From Nemertoderma westbladi (taxonomy: Eukaryota; Animalia; Xenacoelomorpha), in the NCBI GenBank assembly GCA_032718475.1, contig JAUCBJ010003142.1, positions 1 to 33,133 of the forward strand: a stretch of 33,133 nt of DNA, read 5' to 3'. The position numbers were made by a program, and so were the translations under genes. Under the pieces are notes generated by a model. That model did not search any database, was not told the DNA's origin, and saw nothing but the letters and a program-made list of their open reading frames with translations. Shown in pieces: positions 20,320 through 31,781 of this stretch (position 1 is its first letter; every line of letters begins with the position of its first letter).

Positions 20320-20480
20320 TAAAGGGTAGAGATAATTTATTTCGAATTACGAAATTTATTCTTAACTTTAGTACTGTGGCACTGCTGGTGGTTTAGAAGC
20401 CACTGGTTGAGGTTGAGTAAAATAACTACCCATCTTATAGTAAAGTACAGTATGGTATAGAAGCAATTCACTCGTAGTCT

Positions 20481-20570
20481 GGTTTTAACTCGAAGTTCGG
20501 GTTTTCAACTTGAAGTTCAGGTTTTCAACTGTGACGGGATTCTCAAGTTGGCAGGGAATCCCGACCGGGT
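20481..20570. repeat. Short ~20-bp tandem units followed by a TGTGACGGGAT...ATCCCGACCGG palindromic end motif
   Basis: GGTTTT(C)AACTYGAAGTTC occurs about 2.5 times. The end motif is shared, inverted, with 31743-31770. Confidence 0.6.
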
Positions 20571-21039
20571 TTTGTCTTGGTTTGTAATATTCGTCACCGC
20601 ATCCGCTTACTGTGGCTGAATGACTGAAGGCCGAAGGCCGGTTATTATAAAGGAGTTTGGTGTTAATGTTGTTAATCTCTCATAAGTATACAAGTACCGG
20701 TAGTAATCAGTACAACAGTAATCACAATGATAGCAGACAACAACGACGGTTGAAAACCGTCCAACTTCTGCTCACCCAATATACCAACTAAAGTACATTT
20801 GACAGAGTAACGGTTATATATTACATGGGACACATTAATTACCTAGGTGTGGCCAACCAGTGGACGTGCTGTACCTGTTACTATGCTAGCTTCTACCCTG
20901 AGATGAGCTGTGTGCTGGCATCTCTCCCTGTGGTTGGCACTGTATATTGCTAGGTGCCAGTTGCTACTGGTGACATTATATTGGTAATGTCACCTAATCA
21001 ACTATAATTGGTAAAAAGCCACTTTCCCCATTTTCCACT

Positions 21040-21620
21040 GAGTAGTGCAGCGAATTGGATACGCTCACAGTGATATGGCAGTATGGCAGCTATGTGCATA
21101 TCGTGCACAGATAATATAATATCATCTGTGGCAGCTTTGCCACACTTGTACCACCCCGAGAAAGTGAAACCACGTTGCTCATTGATAGCCGTAGCCATTT
21201 TAGTTATGTTCTCACGCAGGTTATTGCTATCGAACCGTGAGCGGGGCAGTGACAAAGCCTGACTTGACAAAAACAAATTTGTCAAACCCAAGCTCTGCCA
21301 CAAATCACCATTCTTTCTCCCCCACCAGGCGAAAATGGTGGTACGCCATTTCTTCCTTGGAGGACATATCTAGAGGCAAAGAGTATAGACACTGACTTTG
21401 AACAATAGCAGGAAGTAGTGGGGAATGTGTATTTATAACAGGATTATCCAGAGAGTGGTGCAAGTAATCTCCTGTAAATATAGGATCACAGATTTGGACC
21501 ACCTCTTCAAGTTTTACCTAGCAATGGAGAAATAGATTGCCAGAATGGTTAGAATCGCAGGTAAAGGTTGTAAAACATAGGTCTAAGTCTAGATCTCCAA
21601 GCACAACCTCCCGTCAAAGG
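21040..21620 (-). pseudogene. Degraded intronless coding relic of an unidentified protein family
   Basis: Consecutive minus-strand frames DPIFTGDYLHHSLDNPVINTHSPLLP... and WQSLGLTNLF...LRENITKMATAINEQRGFTFSGWYKCG...MHIAAILP have protein-like composition and higher GC than the flanks. Confidence 0.4.
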
Positions 21621-23809
21621 CTCCCTCTTTCTTGGCCTGCTTAGGTGGAGCAGACCCCCCACCTCCGAACCCTGGCATTCGCCCCACACGAACGTAGGGG
21701 AGGAGGCGTTCTACCCGGGGCAATCATAAGAATAATTCCCATCAGTACCGTCTGATTAGGAACATACAGTTTCGATTGGTACCCTTGTACCACTTCTTGT
21801 ATAGAAACCCGACGCCGATTGTTTATTCGATCCATCCTCACTACTGAATTAATTATTTAATCTTTAATAAGGGCCTACTGCAGTAATTAATGGCTATATT
21901 ACTTTAATACTATATATTTAGTCACTATTCATATTTAATAATTTAAGTAATATGTAATATATTTAGTCACTTTAGAAAATAATTAAACGCATTAACTGCG
22001 TAAGTAATACATAATTAAATATACAGTATCTATCTAATTTAATTTTTATTTGAAATATTTTATGGACTGTTCATACTGGTGTCGTAAAATTTAAATACCG
22101 GTAGGTTACTATTTCTGATTTCAATCTAAAATCCATTGTACTTACGCTTGTTTATAACCATTCGATTATTTAAAAAATATATATGAAAAATGATATGACA
22201 GTTGCCGTGGGACATTAAATTGAAACATATTTTCCACTACCGCAATATGTCAGTGGAACGTGTCACTAGCAGCTAAGCCAAGGTGTACTTTACTGAATAA
22301 CTATTTCACTTTGAGATAGGAAAATACCTAGGCCTAACTGGTATTAGAAGACTACTACTCAAATAAATAATTCATTTTCTGGCTAATGTAGTTTTCATTA
22401 TTTTCACTAAGAATTAACTTACCTTCAGCCAGTCAGGTATACTAAAGTTTAATTTAGTTCAAAAGCGTTAGCTGTTTGACTTTACTGGGTGTTTTTAATA
22501 GGCCTAGCCGCGGTATCGGTAGCTTTTGACAAAACAGTAGGACTTAAAACTGAAAGTTTTTATACCGGTACTAAACATGACTGGTGATTACAGCTATAGC
22601 GGTACAAACAGTACAGTTGACTTTTAATACTGAAAGTATTTCTGGTAGTCTGGTAGCGCTACTTGAATAAAAGTAACTGATATACTGAAAGTCGGATAGT
22701 TGATGATCACCACTACTAATTAATTCTGTAGGTACTGGTACAAACCGGTCAGCCGGTTGCCTTTACTGTCAGACTGTAGGTACTGAAATAATTAGAGTAT
22801 GGCTTATGACTATGTGTGTGGTACCGGTACCGGCTGAGCGGTACTAGTCTGCAGGTGCAGTAGTTGCAGGCCTAAGCAGTTAAGTTATGTACGGTACCTT
22901 TAAGGGGGGGGGGGGGGGGGGGTATAGTAATTTTACAACGATTTGGTGGGTTTATGTATTTAGCGTGTAACTTTTGTATATTGTATAATATATGTTTTTA
23001 TATATGTAAAAGCTTTTGCGGATATAACAAGTCATTTTTCCGCAATGCACAGAATACTCTAAACTCTAAAATAGCCCTAAATTTATCCAACTACGCAACG
23101 GGAAGGAATTGGAGCCCAGGTGACGAAATCTGTCAGCTGATTCTTTGTGGACGTGGCAATTCTTTGTTCTGCCTAATTCAGCCAATCAGAGCAATTTTCC
23201 CTTTATGTCTAACAGAGGCCTATGGAAACTCGCGCAATGCATTACGGTCTTTGTTTACTATTTTCTGAGCATCAGAACCGGCTTGGAATCTTCTGTGCTT
23301 CTGTGTAGAAGTTTCAGACTTTGGCCTAGGAAACATCAGATAGCCTTGATTATAAGAACGTAAATCTATTAACCTGGTCATACTTGTCACATCTCGTAAC
23401 ATTACTCAATTCATTTCTCATTTACTTAACTGACTGCATATTACTAAATCACTGCATTATTTTACTTCTGTTATTAATTGTTGTTATATTAATGGATATT
23501 GCTGTTACATTTGGAGAATACCGATAAATAATCATAAACCCCTCAATCTTCTTGATTACTGAGGTAAGAGGAACAGGTTTACCGGTAGCAACTGCGACTT
23601 ACATAATATTGGTTTGTGTGAATTAAATGCTATTTCATAATCCCTACATGTGTCAGTTGCGATCCTCCTTATATATGATCAAATTCAGTGACGGTCGGCA
23701 GATTAGTGTGAAGTAGTGTAAAGTCGCGTGAAGTAGTGTGAAGGTTAATAAAGCATCTCCTAAAGAATGCGCTATTTACGAAACTCTGTGTCCATCTAGT
23801 TGTGATTAG

Positions 23810-24152
23810 TATAATGATATCGTAAGCATACCGATATACGAGTAAGAGTGAGAAATAATATAGTGCCGCACCGTTATATTATATTATTTCAATATGTGCT
23901 GATAGACTGATAAGTACTGCTGGCCGACATACCGGTGGCAGTATACTGTGCAGTACAGAGCTGTCGGTCTGTAGCCGTCCAGGATGACAGCTCCAGTATC
24001 CTATAACAATGAATGAATAATATATCCTACCTACTGTGAAATCCCATCACCCGATATCCCATGCAATCTGCCCATCGCTGATTGGCCGTTGCCTAGTAAC
24101 GGATCTAGAGTACGTAGCTAAGGAATATCAATACAATAATAATATCAATACA
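23810..24152 (-). repeat. 3' LTR (343 bp)
   Basis: Direct repeat of 28755-29097; I count 7 substitutions by eye (~98% identity). The minus strand begins TGTATTGATAT and ends ATATCATTATA. Confidence 0.97.
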
Positions 24153-24162
24153 CCCCCCTTCT
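24153..24162 (-). other. Polypurine tract (PPT)
   Basis: Minus-strand AGAAGGGGGG immediately precedes the TG of the 3' LTR. Confidence 0.9.
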
Positions 24163-24184
24163 AGTTTGTGGGACTCCCAACAAA

Positions 24185-27100
24185 CTATCCATAATGGAGT
24201 CTGTCTGGTTGACGTCGCCGACGTGTTGGGTGGGTGTTGTTGTGTTGTAAATCTGGTATATTTTCCGGGCTGGTGCTGGTAAGCTGTGTTGCCCAGTGAA
24301 TGGCCTTAGTTGGGTTTGATGGGGTTCCTCTAGCATTATAACCATTGTGCCCGCTGTTAATGTCCCCCAATGTCCCGATAGCTGTGTTCCTCAGAAGGTG
24401 GCGTCGGTTGCGGGTGAGACAACGGCCGGACTGTAATTTGATCCGGTAACTGCGGTGTGAGGCCGCTTCGACCACAACACCAGTGTGGTCCCAACGCTTG
24501 GTGGTTGGGTTTTGGATCCGCACCGGGTCTCCCACTGAGAGGGTGGGGAGGGTTTTGGCCCCGCGGTTGTAATCCTCGGCCTGAGACTCAATGAGTTTTG
24601 GCACTGCAGCGTCGAGTGCGGTCCTGGTCGTTTGGTGTCCCAAGAGGAAAGCCCGGCTGTGTGCAGGTACCCGTGAGCGTGTTGGGTGCCCAAATAAAAT
24701 CTGGGCCGGTGATTGGCCGTGTGCGCGGGGTGAGTTTCTTAATTCCAGGAGGCCCTCCTGGAATGCCGTAGAGTTTATTTTTCCCCCAGTTTTTGTTATC
24801 AAACTCTTCAGAGCCTTAACGGCAGACTCTGCATGGCCGTTGCTCTGTGGGTATTCCGGGGAGGAGAACGTCTGCTGTACTCCCCAGTCGCTAAGGAAGT
24901 CCACGAAATTGGACCCCGCGAATTGTGGGCCGCCGTCGGAGGAGAACCGTACGGGGATGCCGAAGCGTATAAAAACGTCCCGTATATGGGCTGCTGTTGT
25001 AGCGGCGGTTGGATGGCTGGTGTAGCCGTATATTTCGGGCCACCCAGAGTAACGGTCCGCTATGGCGAGGTAGTTCCGGCCGTCGAGGGCGAAGAGATCG
25101 GCAGAAATCTCCTCGAAGGGCCGGGTGGCCTCTCGGTCTCGTAGGAGAGGTTCCTTGGTGAGACTGGGGCGGTGTGTGAGACAGGCATCACACGATGAAA
25201 TGGTAGTCCGGACATCGTTGGTGAGCCCGGGCCAGTACACCGTCTGGTGGGCACGGCGGAGAGTTTTCTCTACACCCTGGTGGGCGGCGTGAAGTCGCGC
25301 GAGGGTGGTCCGTCGCTCGGCCCGCGGAATAATAATCCGCTGCCCGTAAAGGACGAGTTCGTGGTCCGTGGTGAGTTCCTCCCGGACGGACCAATAGGGA
25401 GAGACTCATGGGAGTTGGCGGGAGGCCAGCGGGAACCCGGACTGTGTGGCGACGAGGAGTTCCATGTAGTCGGGGTCGTCCCGGGCGGTCTTGCAGAGGG
25501 CATCGAGGATCAAGTCGGAGAACTCCTCCGATTGCTCCGAACTCTCGTAGAGTTCGGCGGCTTTCTGCCGGGTTACCGCATGTATGTAGTACGCCATATC
25601 GCCGTCGTCGATCAGGTCATCGGAGGATGGATCGTCAACGGGAGCGCGGGATAATGCATCGGGAATCCGATGATCCTTACCCTTCCTCCACACTGTAGTG
25701 AAGGTATACGGAGTCAGTTTAGATTTCAGCCGCTGGAGGCGAGTATTATCCGTGGCATCGATTGTGTAGCGATCCAGGATAGTAACGAGTGGCTGGTGAT
25801 CGACTATAAGGGTGAAGTGTGGAAGGCCGAGGAGGTAGAGTCGACACTTGTGGGCCGCCCAGGCGACCGCGAGCAGCTCGAGCTCCACCATTTGCGTAGC
25901 GTGACTCCGTCTCCGAGACGAACCGCGATCCGCACTCCACCAGTTTCCAGTCATCGTCGTCGTAGCGCTGGAGTAATGCGTAGCCCAAACCGTGTTTCCT
26001 CGAGGCGTCGGTTTGGAGCATTGTCTCGCGTTCCGTCTCGAAGGGAGCGAGGATTGGGGGTGAGACCAACGCGCGTTTTGTCGCCTCGAACGCCGCCTCA
26101 TGGTCCGAATTCCAAATAAATGAGTTCTTAGAACTGAGGAGGGGGCGGAGGGGGGACATCGTAGAGGAGATGTCCGTCGAGAATGGGGCGAGTTGCTCCA
26201 CCAACCCAACGAAACTCCGGAGGTCAGTAATATTTGTTGGCCTCGGGAAACTCGCGATAGCCCGGACCTTCGCCGGGTCGGCCCGTATCCCGTCGGCCCC
26301 GACGAGGTAGCCCGCGAACTTAACTTCGCGCTGGGCGAACTGGACCTTGTCGGGGTTGAGGGAAATTCCGGTCTCGCGGCATCGTTGGAGGAACCGGCGG
26401 ACGCTGTCGAGGTGGTCGTCGAGGTTGGCGTCGTAGAGGAGGACGTCATCGACGATCTTCCTCAAGTTTGGCAGGTCGCGGATGGCGTCGTCGCCGCGGC
26501 GGTTGTACTCATCCCCGCTCGATATTAAACCCATAACACTCCTGGTGTGTTTATATCTCCCCCAGGGTGTTACGAATGTGGTTAGGAGCTGGGAATCTTT
26601 ATCGAGAGGGACCTGCCAATACCCGGAAGCGGCGTCAAATACGGTGAAATAATTCGCCGTTGTTGCGATTCCGGCTATCGCCACCCGTGGGCTCGGGGTG
26701 GGGTAGTAAGGCCATGTAACCTGTTGGTTGAGGTTGCGGAGGTCCACACACAACCTGAGTTTGCCGGAAGGTTTCCGGGTAACCGTCATCGGGTGAGCCC
26801 AATCGGTAGGCTCCGTCACTCGTTCGATGACGGTGCGTTGCTCCATGTTGTCGAGGAGGGACTTTACCTCGTCCCGCATGGCGAAGGGAATTGGACGCGC
26901 GCCGTTTACATGGAAGGGTTTGGCGCCCTCCTTTAAGTCAACGTGCATCGGTTCGCCAACCATGGTGGACAAAGGTTCGTCTACGTCGTCGAACACGTCA
27001 GCGTATTCGCGTAGAATTTCGTCGCGAACTCGGGGATTTAACGGTTCCGCTGTAGATTTGATTGAGTTTATGGCTTGTGGGAAATTCGGCGGAAGAATGT

Positions 27101-28724
27101 TAAGGTTCACGAGCGCCCGGAGGTTTAGGATTAGGCCATCAATTTCCGGGGATACGACAATTAAAGCCGTTGTTTCGAGTCCGTCGTAGGAGATTATAGA
27201 GGGAAACATTCCAGCGATTTGTAGCGGGCTTTGGTTCGCGGCTCGCAGTTGAGGGTTGTCGAGGGGATACGGTAGTAGATCTGCATCGCGGCCCCCCATA
27301 GCGCTGTACAGTTTGTGGCTGAACATTGTAGCCGCCGCGCCGCTGTCCGGTAGAGCTCGTTTGACGGTTCCGAGTGGTTCTCCGGATACTTGTTTTAGAT
27401 CCACACTTATACATTTAAGTGGGCAGGTGGCGGGCGGAAGTTCAGTTCCGTTAATGGAAATCGAGTTTACTCCAGTGTTTGAGTGAACCTCTGGAAGTAT
27501 CGAGTTTACACGAGGTGAGTGTGGCGGCTGATCCCTGGAACCAGGTTTACCGCGATTACCTGATTGGGATCGTTTCTGATTGGAACGGCAGACACCCCTA
27601 TAATGCCCAACCTTCCGACAGGATTTACAAACAGCGTCCTTGGCGGGGCAGTTCGGTCTACCCCCCATGTGGTTTCGCCCGCACCACGGACATGCTTGAT
27701 CCGGGCTGGGTTGCTGTGAGTTCGTTAGTTGAGATGTCCGGGAGGTCGATTTCTCGCGCAGGTAATTCGACGTCACTTTAGCGACGGGACGGCCTCGACC
27801 GATGATGGAGTCGTTCCGCTCGCTCGCCTCCATCGATTGGGAGATCCGGACGCAGTCCTCGAGGGAAGGTTGCGGAAGAACCTTCAGGAGCTCCGTTCTC
27901 GTCTCTGAAGATCGGATCCCGACCAGAATCTGCGTCACGATCTGGCGATCGCGACAGTGGCCGCAGAGTTCGGCGTCGTCCGCCAACTCCTCAAGGGCGA
28001 TGCGGAAGGTGTCGAAGGATTCGTTGGCTCCCTGCCTCCGGTCGTGGAACCGGATCCCGTCGATGGCGATGCTTCTCTTCGACCGGAGGTGGGCCTGGAG
28101 ATCGTCGAGGATGGAGTCCGTCGTCGTCTCCGGCGCATCGATGTTGACATGGAGAGTCACTGTCAACATTCGCTGGAGGTCGTGTCCGAGAGCGGAAACG
28201 AGGGCGTAGACCTGTTCATCTCGGGGGAAGGTGGAGGCCTGCTGGCGGTGCGCGTGGACGCGCCAGGTCTCTCTCCAGCGACGGAACGGAGTGAATTCGA
28301 TGTCGCCATCGATCTTCTCTAGCCCGGATATATCTATCACGCGACGTCGAGGTTGGGGTTGCGCGGGAGCTGGGTGTCCCACGGCGGCGGCGGGAGGTGC
28401 AGCGGCAGCACCGGGTCCCGCACCTTGTTGGCCCTGGAGGGCAGCAATTAGTTGCATCATCCGAGCATCGGAGTCGGCTCGTTGTTGGAGGGCGTCACCC
28501 TGGTGCTGTGCCAAATGCGCGTCGGCGTCGACCTGCGCCTTCAACATCAACTGGGTCAGTTGATCGAGTCTGTCATCTGCGTGTGCTCGTTGCTGATTCA
28601 GTTCGCGTCGCATATCTCGGATGTTGTACCGATCCGCTGGATCGGCATTATCTGAGTCTGATGAACCCGCGTTGTCGTCTTTGCCTGCAGCGGCTAAATT
28701 TTTAGCACCGCGTTTAGGAGGCAT
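24185..28724 (-). pseudogene. gag-pol: Gag-Pol polyprotein with one frameshift (~25892) and one in-frame stop (25408-25406)
   Basis: Gag knuckles [15 protein letters not shown] and [14 protein letters not shown]; protease LPDSGA; [23 protein letters not shown]; RNase H TDAS, ELELLAV, VDHQPL, DALSR; integrase HAAHQG...CDAC, ADLF, SDGGPQF, SNGHAE. An extra base at SRYA/MVELE shifts the frame. The 24185-25240 ORF is in the same frame as 25406-26449. Confidence 0.95.
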
Positions 28725-28740
28725 CGGTCAGTTCATAAAT

Positions 28741-28754
28741 AGATCACTGCGCCA
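28741..28754 (-). other. Primer-binding site, probably tRNA-Ser
   Basis: Minus-strand TGGCGCAGTGATCT directly follows the 5' LTR. It is complementary to a tRNA 3' end ...CACUGC-G-CCA; the G discriminator suggests Ser, which is inference. Confidence 0.75.
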
Positions 28755-29097
28755 TATAATGATATCGTAAGCATACCGATATACGAGTAAGAGTAAGAAA
28801 TAATATAGTGCCGCACCGTCATATTATATTATTTCAATACGTGCTGATAGACTGATAAGTACTGCTGGCCGAAATACCGGTGGCAGTATACTGTGTAGTA
28901 CAGAGATGTCGGTCTGTAGCCGTCCAGGATGACAGCTCCAGTATCCTATAACAATGAATGAATAATATATCCTACCTACTGTGAAATCCCATCACCCGAT
29001 ATCCCATGCAATCTGCCCATCGCTGATTGGCCGTTGCCTAGTAATGGATCTAGAGTACGTAGCTAAGGAATATCAATACAATAATAATATCAATACA
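28755..29097 (-). repeat. 5' LTR (343 bp)
   Basis: Direct repeat of 23810-24152, flanked by the PBS internally and the ATTAG TSD externally. Confidence 0.97.
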
Positions 29098-29304
29098 ATT
29101 AGTATAAGTCATAACTCTGTTTTTATACTTAAAGCGCCAAGTCCTAAAGGAACTGTTAATATTTCCCCGAAAGTAAATATATTGTCAGAGATTATATAGT
29201 AACGATCAATCGAATAATACAGTAGGTAAAGTATGAGCGCCTTTGACGGCACTGAGGGTGTCGCGTACAGAATTGAGGTGGAGCATGTATACATAGCCAT
29301 AGTT

Positions 29305-30045
29305 GAGGGTGCCAGGTAGAGTAGTAGAGGCGGGCACATGAGGTGCCAGGTAGTAGAGTAGTAGAGGCGGGCACATAGGGTGCCAGGTAGTAAGAGTAGT
29401 AGAGATGGGCACATGGGTGCCAGGTAGTAGAGTTAGAGAGTTAGAAGTAGTAGAGTGGTTGTGGGCACCGCAAGCGCCACGTAGATGGAGGTAGTAAGCA
29501 GAGTGGTTGAGGGCACCGCAAGCGCCACGTAGATAGAGGTGGTAGCAGAGTTAGAGGTAGTAGAGTAGTAGAGAGGGCACAAGGTGAGGGGGGGGGGTAT
29601 GTACGCATGCTATTGCCAAGGAGTATGGAAAGTGCAAAACCTGTGGGCGCGGAGGGTATCACGTAGTAAGGGTAGTAAGAGGGTACGTAGTACCGTTAGC
29701 TAGAGGAGTTAGTAGGGGTAGTAAGAGGGTACATAGTACCGTTAGTTAGAGGAGTTAGTAAGAGTAGTAAGAGGGTACGTAGTACCGTTAGCTAGAGAGG
29801 AGTTAGTAAGAGTAGTAAGAGGGTACGTAGTACCGTTAGTTAGAGGAAGAGAGTCAGTAGAGTTAGTAGAGGTAGAGAGTCAGTAGAGTTAGTAGAGTTA
29901 GTAGAGGTAGAGAGTCAGTAGAGTTAGTAGAGGTAGAGAGGTAGTAGAGGTAGAGAGTCAGTAGAGTTAAAGAGTCAGTAGAGTTATAGAGTCAGTAGAG
30001 CCAGGGAGTTAGTAGAGCTAGTGGAGTCAGTAGAGTTAGCAGTAA
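29305..30045. repeat. Compound purine-rich tandem array related, in inverted orientation, to 18786-19582
   Basis: Sub-arrays: GGTGCCAGGTAG..AGTAGTAGAGGCGGGCACAT (~29308-29430); AGAGTGGTTG.GGGCACCGCAAGCGCCACGTAGAT twice (~29452-29545); GTAGTAAGAGGGTACGTAGTACCGTTAG ~45-bp units, four copies (~29672-29846); AGAGTCAGTAGAGTTAGTAGAGGTAG (~29850-30000). Confidence 0.95.
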
Positions 30046-30125
30046 GAGAGTAGAGACCATAGAAGTAGCAGCTAGAAAGATAAATAGGGTAATAGCACAA
30101 ATTAAAATAAAAGTTAAGAATATCA

Positions 30126-30315
30126 GGATCACCTCCGAACTACAGAAGGGCCTTCTAGGTGGCCTTCGAAGGTCTGGTAGACCACCCGGGGCTGTAGGGC
30201 GAGTCGGTGTAATACAACAGCCGGCATCTAGTAGACAGGGAGGTGGATACACATATCAGAGGTGGGAGAAGTCGGAAGCGGATAGACTTGAGGGGAAGCG
30301 ACTGGAAGAAGTCGC
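30126..30315 (+). pseudogene. Fragment of a second copy of the exonuclease/knuckle gene
   Basis: Aligns to the reverse complement of ~17237-17426 (GSPLNYRRAF...EGLVDHPGL.GES...LVD.EVD...YQRWE...EADR). About 30 differences in ~188 nt by eye, with its own stops and a 1-nt deletion. Confidence 0.92.
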
Positions 30316-31781
30316 CAGGCGAGGAAGGCGGAGAGAGAGTAGTGAGTAGTAGGAATGAAACGCGTTATGTAGACGAGCTTATAATATAATATATATAATA
30401 ACAATAATTATAATCTTATAATAATTATATAATAATTCGTATATATATTATACAGTATGTACCGTAGTCAAGCACAACCTTTTTCCAATTAGCTACTGGG
30501 ACTGGGGACTAATTGACTAGGGCGACAGGACGGGACTTAGACGGCTCCCACTAACATGTGCGCACATGCGTGGGACCCGATGAGTGCGTGGTCATTAAAC
30601 AACAGGGCGGAGTTCAGGATTTATTGTGAAAGCTCGTATCCTGCGGGATAAGAATCGTGCAGATGGGCACTACCGGGATACGAGTAGGAGGGGCACTTGG
30701 TGGGACCACAGGCGTGGAGAGTGAGGAGTATGAGAGGAGTATGAGAGGAATGTGAGAAGAGTATGGGAGGAGAACGCAAGAGAGATAGCGAGAGGTGGTG
30801 TGGAGATAGCGCGGAGAGAGTGCGGGTGCAATTCAAGTGTGGGGGGGGGGAGAGGCAAGATGCAAAGCGAGGGACAAGGAGGTCCGAGAGATAGGGTGAG
30901 AGGGTGCGTAGAGTCAGTAAAGTGCGGAGTTAGAGTGGTGAAAGTGTTGGGGAAACAAAAATCGTGTGAGAGAAACGTCATGATCGGCCCGACACGGGAC
31001 GCCAGATGTCTTGGTGCAAGATAGGTAGAGTTGCACCTAGACGGGATAGCGATATCATACCCATAGGGAGCGGCCTGGAAAGCCGGCTCCGAAGAAAAAT
31101 AACTCCACCCCACACCCGATGGTAGATCAGGATCCAGCGGAATTATAGCGCACTAAAGGAGGATGCTATCTTCTCACCGGGAAGATAGCATGGGGGGGAG
31201 TGTGAGCGTATTCAATTCTGCCTCACCAATCCCCATAAAGTGGGCAAGAGCACCTTTGAGCAATATTGGGGAATACGAGATTGATTACCAATCAACCTCG
31301 TATCACCCCCAATAAACGGGGACAACAAACCCCAAAGGGCCTCACACAATAGAGGTTAGAGGTCAAGTTACCTCAAGGAGAGAGAGTAACAGCAGCGGGG
31401 GGGGGGGGGAACACTCCCGCAGAGATAAGGCGAGAATTAGGTTGTCGGCCAATGGGGGGACAGCAGGGCATCAGCTGAGTAACACGGCCAAAGGTAGTGT
31501 AGTATATTACCGGTCGGTGTTATTCAGTCGCTCAGTTATCTCAGTACAGTCATGGCAGTACGGTGACAGTTTAAGACCGTCACCGCCGTCACCCATATTA
31601 CCGGTCTATTAACATATAACCAGTTGCTTTCTGCTATTGTATTTACATCTGTACATCACATATATATCTATATTATTAAGAACGTCGGAACAACAAATTC
31701 CTTTTCCATCACACGGTGCGGCTGACGCGTACATAAACAACACCGGTCGGGATTCTCGGATCCCGTCACATCATGGAATCA

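Larger units (their letters stand above)
23810..29097 (-). mobile_element. Full-length Ty3/Gypsy LTR retrotransposon (Mag-like), 5288 bp
   Basis: Two 343-bp LTRs, 5-bp TSD ATTAG (23805-23809 and 29098-29102), PBS, PPT, and gag-PR-RT-RH-IN domain order. Confidence 0.97.

Noticed and set aside
25880-25900. Programmed ribosomal frameshift in pol
   Set aside because: It falls inside RNase H with no slippery heptamer; best explained as a 1-nt insertion or sequencing error.
24391-28705. Many overlapping plus-strand and alternate-frame ORFs inside the Gypsy element
   Set aside because: Shadow ORFs of GC-rich coding sequence with no independent motifs.
29109-30252. Hydrophobic, Leu/Tyr-rich minus-strand ORFs
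   Set aside because: Translations of the tandem array and of the antisense strand of the exonuclease fragment.
30577-30600. Hammerhead-ribozyme-like CCGATGAG...TAAAC
   Set aside because: Both core boxes deviate from CTGATGA and GAAA, and I could not build stems I and III.
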